Assembly (NCBI GenBank): GCA_002269645.1
Contig: NIVC01001470.1
Span: 1-64,000 of the forward strand
Length of the DNA stretch: 64,000 nt
Origin: Macrostomum lignano
Taxonomy: Eukaryota
Direction: 5' to 3'
Numbering within the stretch: the first letter of the stretch is position 1; the number at the start of each line of letters is the position of its first letter. Position numbers and translations under genes: made by a program. A model generated the notes under the pieces. It made no database searches, was not told the origin of the DNA, and saw only the letters and a program-made list of their open reading frames with translations. Shown piece after piece: positions 9,301 through 18,865 of the stretch.

Positions 9301-10812
9301 TTTCCATTGTATTTCGTAGCCTTGATCGCTGTCGGAACTTAGATTCTCCGCTCTCGGTTCTTCCTGCATTCCTCTTTCGGCTTGGTAGTCGTTCGTGTCA
9401 TCACGCACCTCGCAGTCGTGGTCGTTGCCGTAACTTCTACATTCTTCTTCTTCTTTCATTTCTTTGTCTTTCATGCTCGTTTTGTCGTCATCCACTGTTG
9501 TCGATTCATAGTTGTTTTCTTCGCCGGTTTTCATCTTTTCTTCGTTGCCGATGTCGCTCTCCGCCTCCTCCCTTGTCTTGTGATTTACTTTCTTCCTGTT
9601 TTCTCTGCTGTCTCCGGTGGTCTCTTTTAATTTGATCATTTCGGTTTCATTCGTCTCTTTCGTGTTGTCAGTGTTGTCCTCGTGCGTCGTCTTCTTTTCG
9701 ATCAAGCTGATGTCAAGTTCCGGGACTGTGAAGTCCATTTCCAAGTCGTCAATTGTGAACACTTGCTGTTCTTGCTGTTCATTTTCCGGTGTGTACGTGA
9801 TGGCATTCGCGTATCGTGGCATTGCTTGCGTCGGCTGTCTTTGTGTGTATCTGACGTTGCGTGGCCTGTAGCCATTACTTCTGAAGCGGCCTTCGTTTCC
9901 GAAGCGGCCATCATTTCCGGAGCGGTCATTATTTCCGAAGCGTCTATCATTTCCGAAGCGTCTCATTCCTTGTTGTTGGCGATTTTGATAGTGCTGCCAT
10001 GGTTTCTGCGGCTTCTGATTGTTGAATATCTGTCGCGGCTTGTCGTATCTTGTTGACCAATGAGGACAATTAATCTGATAATGTCCTTCTTGTCCGCAGT
10101 AGTAACATCTGGCTGAGGCTTGTTCATTTCGTCTTTTTTGTTCGGCGATAGCAGCTGTCTGGTGCTGCATTAACTTGTTTAGTTGCTGCGTCAGTTTCTG
10201 CACTTCATTGTTGCCTGTCGTCATTAATGGGGCACTGGCTTCCCATTGCATTCCGCAACGCAAAAGGTCTTCTTCGGTTTCGATATTTTCACGCAAAAGT
10301 CTATCCCGAAGTGACGGCTGTGCGTTGTTTATTACGTGCAGGATGAGGTTTTGTTCACGATCCATCAATCGTTGTCTTTCTCTGGCGGCCAATTCTGCCG
10401 CTCCCAGTGGTGGTTGGTCCGCAGCTTGCAGCGGTGGCTGATGCAGTGCCTTAATTATCTGGCGGATATCGTCCACAAAGGCGAGGAAGGATTCTGTTGC
10501 TTGCATCCTTCTGTTATGCAACTTGTGCAGCAGCACTGATCTGTTTGTGCCGCAACGGTTGAAATGCGCGCGCAGTTGAATGATTAGTGCTGGATAATTT
10601 TGCTGTGTTGCCGCATCCAGCTTGCCGTAAATTTCTCGCGCAGTACCTTGGAGAAGAGGTGGCAGCAGCTGTGCCTTCTCTGGATTTTGTAGGTTGTATT
10701 CCCTACATACCAGGTCAAAATGGTCGACAAATGTGTTAAAATCTTTCTCCATCGAGAAAGTACCGACCGTTTCTTTGATGTCTCTGTGTACCGTTGGATT
10801 GCGCCGCGCCAT
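3316..10812 (-). CDS. gag-env-pol: Gag-Env(gB-like)-Pol polyprotein, 2498 aa, single frame
   Basis: Gag capsid-like N-terminus and zinc knuckle CYYCGQEGHYQINC (10066-10107); signal/TM WLFWIIVILLIAVVAKA (8908-8958); furin site RRRR (7960-7971); TM (7099-7167); protease LLDSGS (6772-6780); RT YVDD (5518-5529); RNase H TDASG (~5070); integrase H-H-C-C, D,D(35)E core and KGPY. Confidence 0.97.
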   Translation of the reverse strand: MARRNPTVHRDIKETVGTFSMEKDFNTFVDHFDLVCREYNLQNPEKAQLLPPLLQGTAREIYGKLDAATQQNYPALIIQLRAHFNRCGTNRSVLLHKLHNRRMQATESFLAFVDDIRQIIKALHQPPLQAADQPPLGAAELAARERQRLMDREQNLILHVINNAQPSLRDRLLRENIETEEDLLRCGMQWEASAPLMTTGNNEVQKLTQQLNKLMQHQTAAIAEQKRRNEQASARCYYCGQEGHYQINCPHWSTRYDKPRQIFNNQKPQKPWQHYQNRQQQGMRRFGNDRRFGNNDRSGNDGRFGNEGRFRSNGYRPRNVRYTQRQPTQAMPRYANAITYTPENEQQEQQVFTIDDLEMDFTVPELDISLIEKKTTHEDNTDNTKETNETEMIKLKETTGDSRENRKKVNHKTREEAESDIGNEEKMKTGEENNYESTTVDDDKTSMKDKEMKEEEECRSYGNDHDCEVRDDTNDYQAERGMQEEPRAENLSSDSDQGYEIQWKDEEMEKEQVKEKPSSDSDECYEIRYKRNGEAYIQTVDYKTEKRYQTQWSETTETSEEAADEDNEITKKQSESEAFRLDQPMEQPKEYDADMEDNEWRSQPMPARTTAKSKKWKNWLFWIIVILLIAVVAKATATEKPMICPTDAHIQPMIYKIPTDIKCSYFKTNQTKPKKITLDLYKANIKKHRQHGIVCFRDKHLVEKVWRGQWNRIRFKQHELHVSHAECLQWNQTLFSKDGELEPDEKVGNAQLFRTKNSANGRYIHFFGKWKEYMARNSYLIRNIPFYYNPYEKMESLQLQLSECRYSEGWCPTPILRKEELHSLPLSPTYHQDYRWQIEHRAQSHYEEPYKSRQYFFAWEVEPEIDCKLQKYHTVEGGLLSNTFLAKSGDLALTFQKKPVEQKLKCKDTDKTLFISEQEIPVYVKDEDKQTFLAIINGTYQQQEKQNRRRRDIERPKLVSNRLLSAKITALDHNLHNQLNHLHRTLVQLTCKMHAINLNYARQNYYVNPTMTFRKITGMTNVLAVPIYEHLLIYKCTPIQHFNILPSNTSTTCYDKPRIEAFYEGKRIQGFLDTVHNIIVGTAIPRPCTTAVNYYQLDNALHVIKTTGTTANVTEPEVIVDENYDMEDLKIRFNRTKYTPFADIQLDEITPGWTINDFLQAFITQRKMIHQLFTRKDKGTGTGRFPVLVSMDSAIKSFWTNSFWELLNGRGSLYQGFIFYGACIVWIVTAIFIISSIVRCFSQTCPRAKKTVNAIMQRTTTESDNSLELTETAHCEVQGQPTLATRLYPSIPTTPTAPRIQPPNYQAEQHEPKWPENYVCTLHAEIGKAMAQVIVNNLPCRALLDSGSSITVISQQLCNKLRLAVRPAAIAVAGAGGHSLNILGKADIDLKIANKQLTVPTYIIDRLPNQDVIVGIDTFKQLQLPLTFDFNKQTFRIDTVEQPLINQIRVLPKVTLQQDVIIQPESACWVRAKTTSAADEAMIFDPHRRVTAKHQIMMPTALVLVAKDKQLPVQIFNPNTETVHLRQGMCIGHLNTQASVMLIEQATPRLTEEEFQKKINLDDSPITEQQKRKVRQLLWKYNEAFCHHDYDIGRAKDIKQEIKLLPHTEPIQCKPYPIAKHLQQHFDEIIDKMLKHGIISKAISAYSSPCLLVQKKETNERRLVCDFRLLNKYIPTDQQSLPKISELLAKLNTAKLFTVFDLRHGFWQIEIEKESRQYTAFKTYNGQVYEYNRSPMGLSNSPATMSRLTAYMLAGCTNLLHYVDDILAYGEDFERLYEATEKALALIQRQGLKLQPTKCKFFRDNVRYLGHQVTAKGISPDPDNVEKVKKFPTPTSITKVQSFLGLAQYFRKFLPNFAKTAKPLYDLLKFDKWKQDNWTQRQQESFDEIKRQLTSDALLQHPDFDKPFIIETDASGTGLGAVLLQETEDKKERPIAYVSRALKPNETKWSATERELLGVLFALRQFHYYIYGSPIQTIVRTDHAPLTYVVTTKGQTNNRLIRMTLKIQDYNYKLVYKPGITNKAADALSRAYEVNAIHPIPNIKELVDETERDNFYQAVKDDDKNIKLSPMERKFLRKQRQHLTINKSRLYWMSDNKPKIYIPYSFRQAILNELHDNPLAGHLSAAKTIARVEQYYFWPTMYGDIKQYCNNCHSCAASKTGRRQKPQLQSIPKSTTMDCLSIDITGPLPPSCLQGIAYTYILTALDIFSKFAIAIPIPDITAQTVAMSFFNEIICKYGTPKNLTSDNGSQFTSQLFQQVVRILNITQIYTSTYNPKANMVERFHRNLHEMITHFAHQQPEDWIIYLQSVTMAYNSAIHRSTDNTPFFLMFGRDFQPPNLLAQQLLPSQYVEVPTSIQKFVTQLHLAWKIAKHNIDNQVALTTGNDARSTTLTAGDIVYLHYPPQQTHKHAQKYKGPYRVVQLTSPTTARLANVQDPHQHQFYVHIHRLKKINTDTATFLPTLDNADRTRSTNRHIATKHEETQTTDVSQPHGYNLRPR
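7099..8958 (-). other. env: Envelope glycoprotein domain, class III fusion (herpesvirus gB/chuvirus G-like), inside the polyprotein
   Basis: Cys-rich ectodomain with N-glycosylation sequons (NQT, NGT, NTS, NVT, NRT) and an RRRR site. VNPTMTFRKITGMTNVLAVPIYEHLLIYKCTPI and CYDKPRIEAFYEGKRIQGFL...PRPC parallel, from memory, the gB NP...C and CYSRP...GQL...EPC blocks. Not confirmed by HMM. Confidence 0.8.
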
Positions 10813-11508
10813 GTTGTTGATAGGGTAGAACGGTAGTTCAAGATCTGGATCGATTTGTAACGGATCGTCCAGTGTGGTGTTTGCCTCGGAATAAACCTCG
10901 ACTGTAACGAATTGCCTTGTGGTGTCGATTTGTTATTCGCTGGCCTCGGATGCGGTGTGGCTTGCTGCCACTGGTTGTCCTCAAATGAACTTGTTCTGTT
11001 CGCTTGCTGATTTCGCACTTATGCGGCGTCCCGCAAAGTGTATCTTCAAGTTGAAGTGGACTTGTCTTCTTGCTTTGCAAAGTCTTTCTTCTCTTCTTTG
11101 ACTCTCTCTCTTTTGTCAATTAACTCTGCTCTCCACGAAGTTTCAATTAATTTCGGTTTTGTTTTAGTTTTTGTGCCGGCAAAATGTTTCAGTTATTTTT
11201 TGTTTGTTTTGCGTCGACGATTCTTTTTATTTTTGGTTTGTTTTCAGTGTACCGACGAAGTTAATTTCGGTTTTGTTTTAAACTCACACTTGCTCGAGCT
11301 CGTCAAAACAAAATTTTAACACGCGTGCTCAAACTGTACTCAAATTTGACAGGTGCTCAAACCTGTACACCAAATTTTACTCGAGTTTCAAAACGTAACG
11401 GACCTAAAAAGTGTTAACTCTAACACGTGCGCGCAAAATTAATGAAGTCGCTCTGTCGTCACTTTACAATAGCTTGGCCAGGCTATTGCTCAAGGTTTGA
11501 GTAGTGCC

Positions 11509-11526
11509 GAGAGGGCGAGATCACCA
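11509..11526 (-). other. Primer binding site (TGGTGATCTCGCCCTCTC), primer tRNA not assigned
   Basis: Starts with TGG 2 nt after the 5' LTR end (CA). Confidence 0.7.
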
Positions 11527-11528
11527 AT

Positions 11529-12392
11529 TGATGTGTTCCTTATTACCCGACTTTCGATAATCAAGGAACAATCACTTCTAGCTCAACAGCTAGGCAACCC
11601 AGTAAGTCAAACGAAGGTATTCAATTACCTTTAATCCGGATTTGAATTTCTTGAGTAGTTCTCGCTAGGAACTTGTCAGTAGATCTCGTAGATCAGGCGC
11701 CTTGATTCTTCAGTTGCTCTGGTCCTGGTTCCTCTTGTACTTCCGATAAGTTCTTCCGGCCGGTATCTTCCGTCAGGACCAATCAGAGGCCTCGTAGCAA
11801 CAATGGGTACCCTGCGCCAAACTGCGGTCTAAATTAAGCCTCCTTCTTCTAGCAGTGCCTCTATGCACTCTAGGTATAGCTCCGGAAACCACTGATAGTC
11901 CTCTAAGATCTATCAGGGGCAGTCCTTCTGGAGACTGCAACCAATGGAGTCTAAACAGACTCAAGAGTCTCAACAGACTCAATTAGACTCAAGTCTCAAT
12001 AGACTTGAGCGAGACGTCTCTAACACAACGGGCGCAAATAAGGAAGGCTTACCGCAACAACTCGACCGAGTCTCGATTGACTTGGTAGATCAGGAAGTCC
12101 TCCTAAGGCTTCCTCTTCGGAGCGCTCCTCTTCCGTGGGGAGAATGGCTCCGGTACCGCTTCAGATCGCTTGTATTTATAGACAAGTTTTTGATCCAAAA
12201 TAGTATCATGACAATTCACGTGTTGCGCTAAAAGGGGAAAATGGCTCATGGCGTATTATTCTGGTAACATCTTTTTCTGGTAGCGTGATTCATTCAAAGC
12301 TTAGGCGCACATGCGTGTACTTACTTACTTATAGTAGTATTATACGATTATCTTCTTTTTTCCTTTTTTAACGGGAGGTAGAACACTCTACA
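11529..12392 (-). repeat. 5' LTR (864 bp) with TATA box (TATAAATA at 12180-12173)
   Basis: Direct repeat of 720-1581, followed by the PBS. An ATTAAA poly(A)-like hexamer lies near the LTR 3' end. Confidence 0.96.
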
Positions 12393-12980
12393 ATATATAG
12401 CGCCTGCGGCACCAAACACGAGTTCCTGCAGCGCAAAAAATGCCTGCGACGCCAAATGAGCGCTGACAACACCGATTCTAAAAATAATGTAAAATGTTAA
12501 AATGTATAATTCTTGCGGCTTAATTTGTTCCCCACCATAAAATCAATCTTGTGACGCCCCTGCCACAACAGTACATGTAACTCACAAACCTTCTGTCGTA
12601 AATGCACATGCAAGTCGTATATAGCCAGTAGAAGTGACTAAAAAGAGAATCAAAGTTGTAGATGGGGTTGGTACATGTTTGTTAGCCCGACAAACGACGA
12701 GAGTGTAGGCCTGAAGCCATAACCATGCCTAGACTCATTCGTCTTTTTCTCTTTTGATTTCCATTTACCTTAAGATATTGAGTTTAAATACTTTTAGTAT
12801 TTTTAACATTAATTTACTTGCACTTCTTATTCATACAGCGAAAATATTTTTACTTCCTTTTAAATATTAGTTGACGTATGCTCCGGTATCTGAGGCTTAC
12901 TCTATGTTTCAAGTAAATAATTGTCGTAAAACACGAAAATGTTCATGTATTACTACCACATTAAAGACAGTGTTGCCTAG

Positions 12981-12999
12981 CCAATCAACAGCCGCCATG
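12981..12999 (+). promoter_or_regulatory. ERSE-like element CCAAT-N9-CCATG upstream of calreticulin
   Basis: Exact 9-nt spacing and one mismatch to the ER stress response element CCAAT-N9-CCACG; 140 nt upstream of the ATG. Confidence 0.5.
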
Positions 13000-13138
13000 C
13001 AAAACACGCTACGAATTTCAACTTAAATGCGTCAACCGAAAGAAATCTAGATATTTCTTTACCAATTCCCCTCCTCGTATTTTGCGCTAGTGTGTTGTCC
13101 TGTTAAAACTATATTTTGATTGAAATTCTTACGTTAAT

Positions 13139-14911
13139 ATGTGGCTGTCGAGCTTTTTGGCATTTGCTCTGCTTGCTCTCGCATGCGGTGAAGTTTACTT
13201 CAAGGAGGAGTTTTTAGATGGTAAGTTAGTTCTCGCTCTGACGTTTATTTTGTTTAGATTCTCAAATTCCCTTGTGTTGCTGCAATACTAGAATAGGGCA
13301 TTGTCTTGTTGGTTTTCTTCATTTCAACCATATCAGAATATTAAAGTAACTAAAAATAGTATTGAAATCATTCCATTCTTTTTAACTTTGCACATTCAAG
13401 CAGTTAAAATAACCCCCTTGTGTTAGCTTTGCATTTTGTTCTAAAAGAATAAACTGTGGTTACTGGTTTACTTTTTTATAGTTTTTGAAAGATAATTCAT
13501 TAAAAAGGCTTCTATTATTGAGTATGAGAGAGAAAGGAAGTATAGGTTTCTAGCTAGCTACTTTAATTTAATTGTAACATATTATAAGATTGTTTTATAA
13601 CTTCACAATTTTTTTGTTTCCTTAAAGACTATTTGTATATATATATATTGCCTATCTTTACATTTTTCTATGTTTCTCCTAATGTAAAATCCTTTGATTT
13701 AAATATTTATTTTTTTCTTTTAATTTTAATTATATGCTTTGCTAATTTGTCTTCACAAAATATTTATTTCAGAGTCATGGAAGGATCGGTGGGTAGAGTC
13801 AACCTACAAGGGTAATGACCAAGGCAAATGGGAATGGACTGCTGGCAAGTTCTACAATGATGCTGAAAAGGACAAGGGAATAAAAACCTCCCAGGATGCC
13901 AAATTTTATGGCATCAGTGCCAAGTTCAACTCTCCATTCTCCAATGCTGGCAAGACTCTGGTGATCCAATTCCAGGTCAAGCATGAGCAGAACATTGACT
14001 GCGGTGGTGGCTATGTCAAAGTCCTTGGCAGCGATGTTGACCAGAAGAACTTCCACGGCGACACACCCTACAAGATCATGTTTGGTCCTGATATCTGCGG
14101 CCCTGGCACTAAGAAGGTGCACGTTATCTTCAACTACAAGGGCAAGAATTTGCTCACCAAGAAGGAGATTCGCTGCAAGGATGACGAGCTAAGCCACCTG
14201 TACACCCTGATTGTGAAGCCTGACAACACCTACGAGGTGCTGATTGACAACGAGCGAGCCGAAGGTGGAGAACTCGAGGCCGACTGGGACTTCCTGCCAC
14301 CCAAGAAGATCAAGGATCCGGCCGCCAAGAAGCCAGACGACTGGGACGAGCGCGAGAAAATTGACGACCCGAACGACAAGAAGCCGGAGGACTGGGACAA
14401 GCCCAAGACCATCCCGGATCCCAAGGCCAAGAAGCCGGACGACTGGGACGACGAGATGGACGGCGAATGGGAGCCGCCGATGATTGACAACCCGGACTAC
14501 AAGGGCGACTGGAAGCCCAAGCAGATTGACAACCCGGCCTACAAGGGCAAGTGGATCCACCCGGAGATTGACAACCCGGACTACTCGCCGGACCCCGAGC
14601 TGTACAAGTACACCGACATCGGCGCCATCGGCTTCGACCTGTGGCAGGTGAAATCTGGCTCCATCTTCGACAACGTCTTCGTTGGCGACGACCCGGCCGA
14701 GGCCAAGGCCTTCGCCGACGAGACCTTCAAGAAGACCGTCGAAGGCGAGAAGAAGATGAAGGAGAAGCAGGACGAGGAGGACAAGAAGAAGGCGGAGGAA
14801 GAGGAGAAGAAGCGCAAAGAGGAGGAGGAGAAGAAGAAGGCCGAGGAGGGCGACAAGAAGGAAGCGGACAAGAAGGAGGACGACAAGAAGGACACCAAGG
14901 ACGAGCTGTAG
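13139..14911 (+). CDS. CALR: Calreticulin, two exons (13139-13220, 13773-14911)
   Basis: Exon 1 encodes the signal peptide MWLSSFLAFALLALACG-EVYFKEEFLD, with GTAAGT donor and TTTCAG acceptor in phase 1. Contains KHEQNIDCGGGYVK, IMFGPDICG, P-domain repeats, an acidic tail and C-terminal KDEL. AATAAA at 15029. Confidence 0.98.
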
Positions 14912-16912
14912 AGAGCGGCTTCCGTTGCCTAGGGCCTCTGTATTTGCGGTTGGGCGGCTGGCACTCCAACTAGTTTATAAATAGTTCTTAAATTTCAATT
15001 TCGAGCTCACGCAACAAAATTTTGGCTGAATAAATTGACACGCAAAACGGCATTTCCAGCGGCCCCGTGCAACTGCAACTCCCTCTGTCTGCTTTCCTGT
15101 GTCGAATAGCCATCTCTCTCTCGTACCGCACAATATTTGTCCCTATCCCGGCATAGATGTGGTAGAACTAATTACACCTGGTGGATCAGCTATTATCTAT
15201 CGTTGTTATTAATAATACTCCCAATATAGTAAGTAGCTAGACTTAATTAACGTTGCTTAATGATTTTTTACTCCTTTTCTCTCCATCCAGCGGACATTTT
15301 GTCACTCTGAGCCCCGACTGCTTGTTAGTTAAAAAGGGAAAGTTTTTTATACGTTCATTATTGTTATTTATTTGTTAGAATGATTCTAATTAATACACGC
15401 TTAAGCCTAATTTTTTGCACACATTTTTTGGTTGCAATCGGAGGCACAAGTTTCCATGCTTCACAATATAAAACCATAATTGCCACACTGATCCCAGGCC
15501 CATGCGCAATAATTGTGCCAATGCTAACCAAAATAAATGCCATCCCGTTTAAAACTGGGTCTAGTAATAGCCATATTATTATATAGTAGCGCCCAGTCAA
15601 CCAGGGGCTGCAATAATTACTTTTCTTATTTGTAATATTGAAATCTATCGGAACTCACCCAGTGTCTTTGTTTGGCCACAACAAACCCCGCAATGATTTG
15701 TTTAAAACTTCCCGCTCCTTGCTCTGGTGTCATTTAAATAAACCCAACCTTCTGTCTGTTTCCTTCGATTATATATCGACTATTTATGTTGTCACGTTGA
15801 GTAAATATATAATATCTCTGTTTTTTGGAACTCATTCTGTTATGCGAAACTATGCTAAATAATAAATAAATAAATATGGAATGTTTAGAACAAATTAACT
15901 ATGTTCAAAGATCTTACATACACAATCTCAAAGGTAATATATGATATAATATATGAGTAATTATGTTATAGTCTAATTAGCGCGCAAAACAGCTATAAAG
16001 TGCTTGTAAACTACTGATCTCGAATTTGTCAGTAGTCTTGCCGCAACTTTTATTTCTACCAGATATCATCACTGGTTCTAGCTCGTAATACATGTAGCTT
16101 TACATGAAAAGACGAAGCAGAACTCTGAAAATTAGTGCTATTTTCGTGAAGTCAAAGAAAAAAGACTCGAATGAACTGCAACTATTTATTCTCTACTAAT
16201 AGTAGAGCTTATAGAACCGCGTTTAGCAAACAAAATTGTTGAAACTGTTGGAATGCAGCTCAATCTTAGTGGTCCTACGTGTGCTGTGCATGTACAGTAT
16301 GTGCTGGTCCGATCTATTTATAAAGACCAAGTTTCAAATTTGCATAAGAGAAAAAAGCACAGCAATTCTTCTTTCGGCAAAAAAGACGGCCAAGTCCGCG
16401 AAACTAAACTGTGCCAATTGCAAGTCATTCCAAGGCAAACAACATTTTATTGGCACACTTTACAGCCTAAATTTATCCATTCTGATTCTCTCGCCGTCTG
16501 TCTCCTGTCAGCTCTAATTCACAGAAGTGTAGTGTGCAGGTGCAGGTGCGTTCATAAACTCAACTCTTGACACGCCTAAAAGGGGGCGGTTGTGCGCGAG
16601 TACGTGCGTCTACGAATACGTTACAGATTCATTATATGCAGAGAAATGCTAAAAAAGCGAAACAGAAAAACACCCGAACACCGAGACAGCTATAAGCTCT
16701 ATTTGCGCTTATAAACAGCTCGTCCTGTCTGCACACCAACTATTAGCTAAAGTGTCAACTTTACTCTCCGTGGGTCTCTCAGTTAAACTGCAGAACTTTG
16801 ATATACACCTATAACAGCACTGCTTAGTTGCTCAGCGACCTCCGAGTGTGACCCGATGCTGACCGACAGATCGATGTGAGTTCGTTTATAATACACAATT
16901 TTTTATTCCCCT

Positions 16913-18545
16913 TACAGGTGTATGTTTGATTCCCATGCAGATATTTTGTTTACCCTGCAGATATCTGTTTGATTCCGCTGCAGATTAGCTGTTTGATTCC
17001 GCTGAAGATAGCTGTTTGATTCCCCTACAGATATCTGTTTGATTCCCCTTACAGATATCTGTTTGATTCCCCTTACAGATATCTGCTTGATTCCCCTACA
17101 GATATCTGCTTGATTCCGCTGCAGATATCTGCTTGATTCCCCTACAGATATCTGTTTGATTCCCCTACAGATATCTGTTTGATTCCCTACAGATATCTGT
17201 TTGATTCCCCTACAGATATCTGTTTGATTCCCTACAGATATCTGTTTGATTCCGCTGCAGATATCTGCTTGATTCCCCTACAGATATCTGTTTGATTCCC
17301 CTACAGATATCTGCTTGATTCCGCTGCAGATATCTGCTTGATTCCCCTTACAGATATCTGCTTGATTCCGCTGCAGATATCTGTTTGATTCCCCTACAGA
17401 TATCTGTTTGATTCCGCTGCAGATATCTGTTTGATTCCCCTTACAGATATCTGCTTGATTCCGCTGCAGATATCTGTTTGATTCCCCTACAGATATCTGT
17501 TTGATTCTCTACAGATATCTGTTTGATTCCCCTACAGATATCTGTTTGATTCCCTACAGATATCTGTTTGATTCCGCTGCAGATATCTGCTTGATTCCCC
17601 TACAGATATCTGTTTGATTCCCCTTACAGATATCTGCTTGATTCCGCTGCAGATATCTGCTTGATTCCCCTTACAGATATCTGCTTGATTCCGCTGCAGA
17701 TATCTGTTTGATTCCCCTACAGATATCTGTTTGATTCCGCTGCAGATATCTGTTTGATTCCCCTTACAGATATCTGCTTGATTCCGCTGCAGATATCTGT
17801 TTGATTCCCCTACAGATATCTGCTTGATTCCCCTACAGATATCTGTTTGATTCCCATACAGATATCTGTTTGATTCCCCTACAGATATCTGTTTGATTCC
17901 CCTACAGATATCTGTTTGATTCCCCTACAGATATCTATTTGATTCCCCTACAGATATCTGTTTGATTCCCCTACAGATATCTGTTTGATTCCCCTACAGA
18001 TATCTGTTTGATTCCCCTACAGATATCTGTTTGATTCCCCTACAGATATCTGTTTGATTCCCCTACAGATATCTGTTTGATTCCCCTACAGATATCTGTT
18101 TGATTCCCCTACAGATATCTGTTTGATTCCCCTACAGATATCTGTTTGATTCCCCTACAGATATCTGTTTGATTCCCCTACAGATATCTGTTTGATTCCC
18201 CTACAGATATCTGTTTGATTCCCCTACAGATATCTGTTTGATTCCCCTACAGATATCTGTTTGATTCCCCTACAGATATCTGTTTGATTCCCCTACAGAT
18301 ATCTGTTTGATTCCCCTACAGATATCTGTTTGATTCCCCTACAGATATCTGTTTGATTCCCCTACAGATATCTGTTTGATTCCCCTACAGATATCTGTTT
18401 GATTCCCCTACAGATATCTGTTTGATTCCCCTACAGATATCTGTTTGATTCCCCTACAGATATCTGTTTGATTCCCCTACAGATATCTGTTTGATTCCCC
18501 TACAGATATCTGTTTGATTCCCGTGCAGATTATCTGTTTGAATTT
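16913..18545 (+). repeat. ~23-bp minisatellite (TATCTGTTTGATTCCCCTACAGA)n, about 70 copies
   Basis: Direct reading. The first half mixes variants (CCGCTGCAG, CCCCTTACAG); the second half is homogeneous. Confidence 0.97.
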
Positions 18546-18865
18546 CCCTAACAGGTGTCTGTAACAAACTTTTTGAAATATTTTCCATAATTTGAAAATT
18601 TACAGAACGCGCGGCAGTGGCTACCACCTGACCGGCCGTTTAACTGCGGGCTACTCAACCTTGCAGCCTCCATCAGCCGCTGCAACTCAGGAGACAATTG
18701 CACAATTCCGATTGCCGAAGCTGCCAGCCGAGCCCCCGGCAACGAAGCTGACACGTCGGAAAGCAACGAAATTTGGCGCCGAGACATCCGGCGTCTACAC
18801 CAGATACGGCTTCGTTGCAGAGTAACGCAACACTTACTTACCTTTTCTTTCTTTTCCCAACAATT

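Larger units (their letters stand above)
720..12392 (-). mobile_element. Full-length Ty3/gypsy-type LTR retroelement with in-frame gB-like env and two accessory RING ORFs
   Basis: Two ~863-bp direct repeats with TG...CA ends, a 4-bp TSD (ATAT at 716-719 and 12393-12396), PBS, PPT and an uninterrupted polyprotein in PR-RT-RH-IN order (gypsy/BEL-like order; Gag and RT motifs look Ty3/gypsy). Confidence 0.97.

Noticed and set aside
3528-10539. Many short overlapping and antisense ORFs within the polyprotein gene
   Set aside because: These are shadows of the long ORF, mostly with non-ATG starts and no motifs.
13739-13772. Track start MLICLHKIFIS for calreticulin
   Set aside because: It is intronic sequence before the AG at 13771-13772; the real signal peptide is in exon 1 at 13139.
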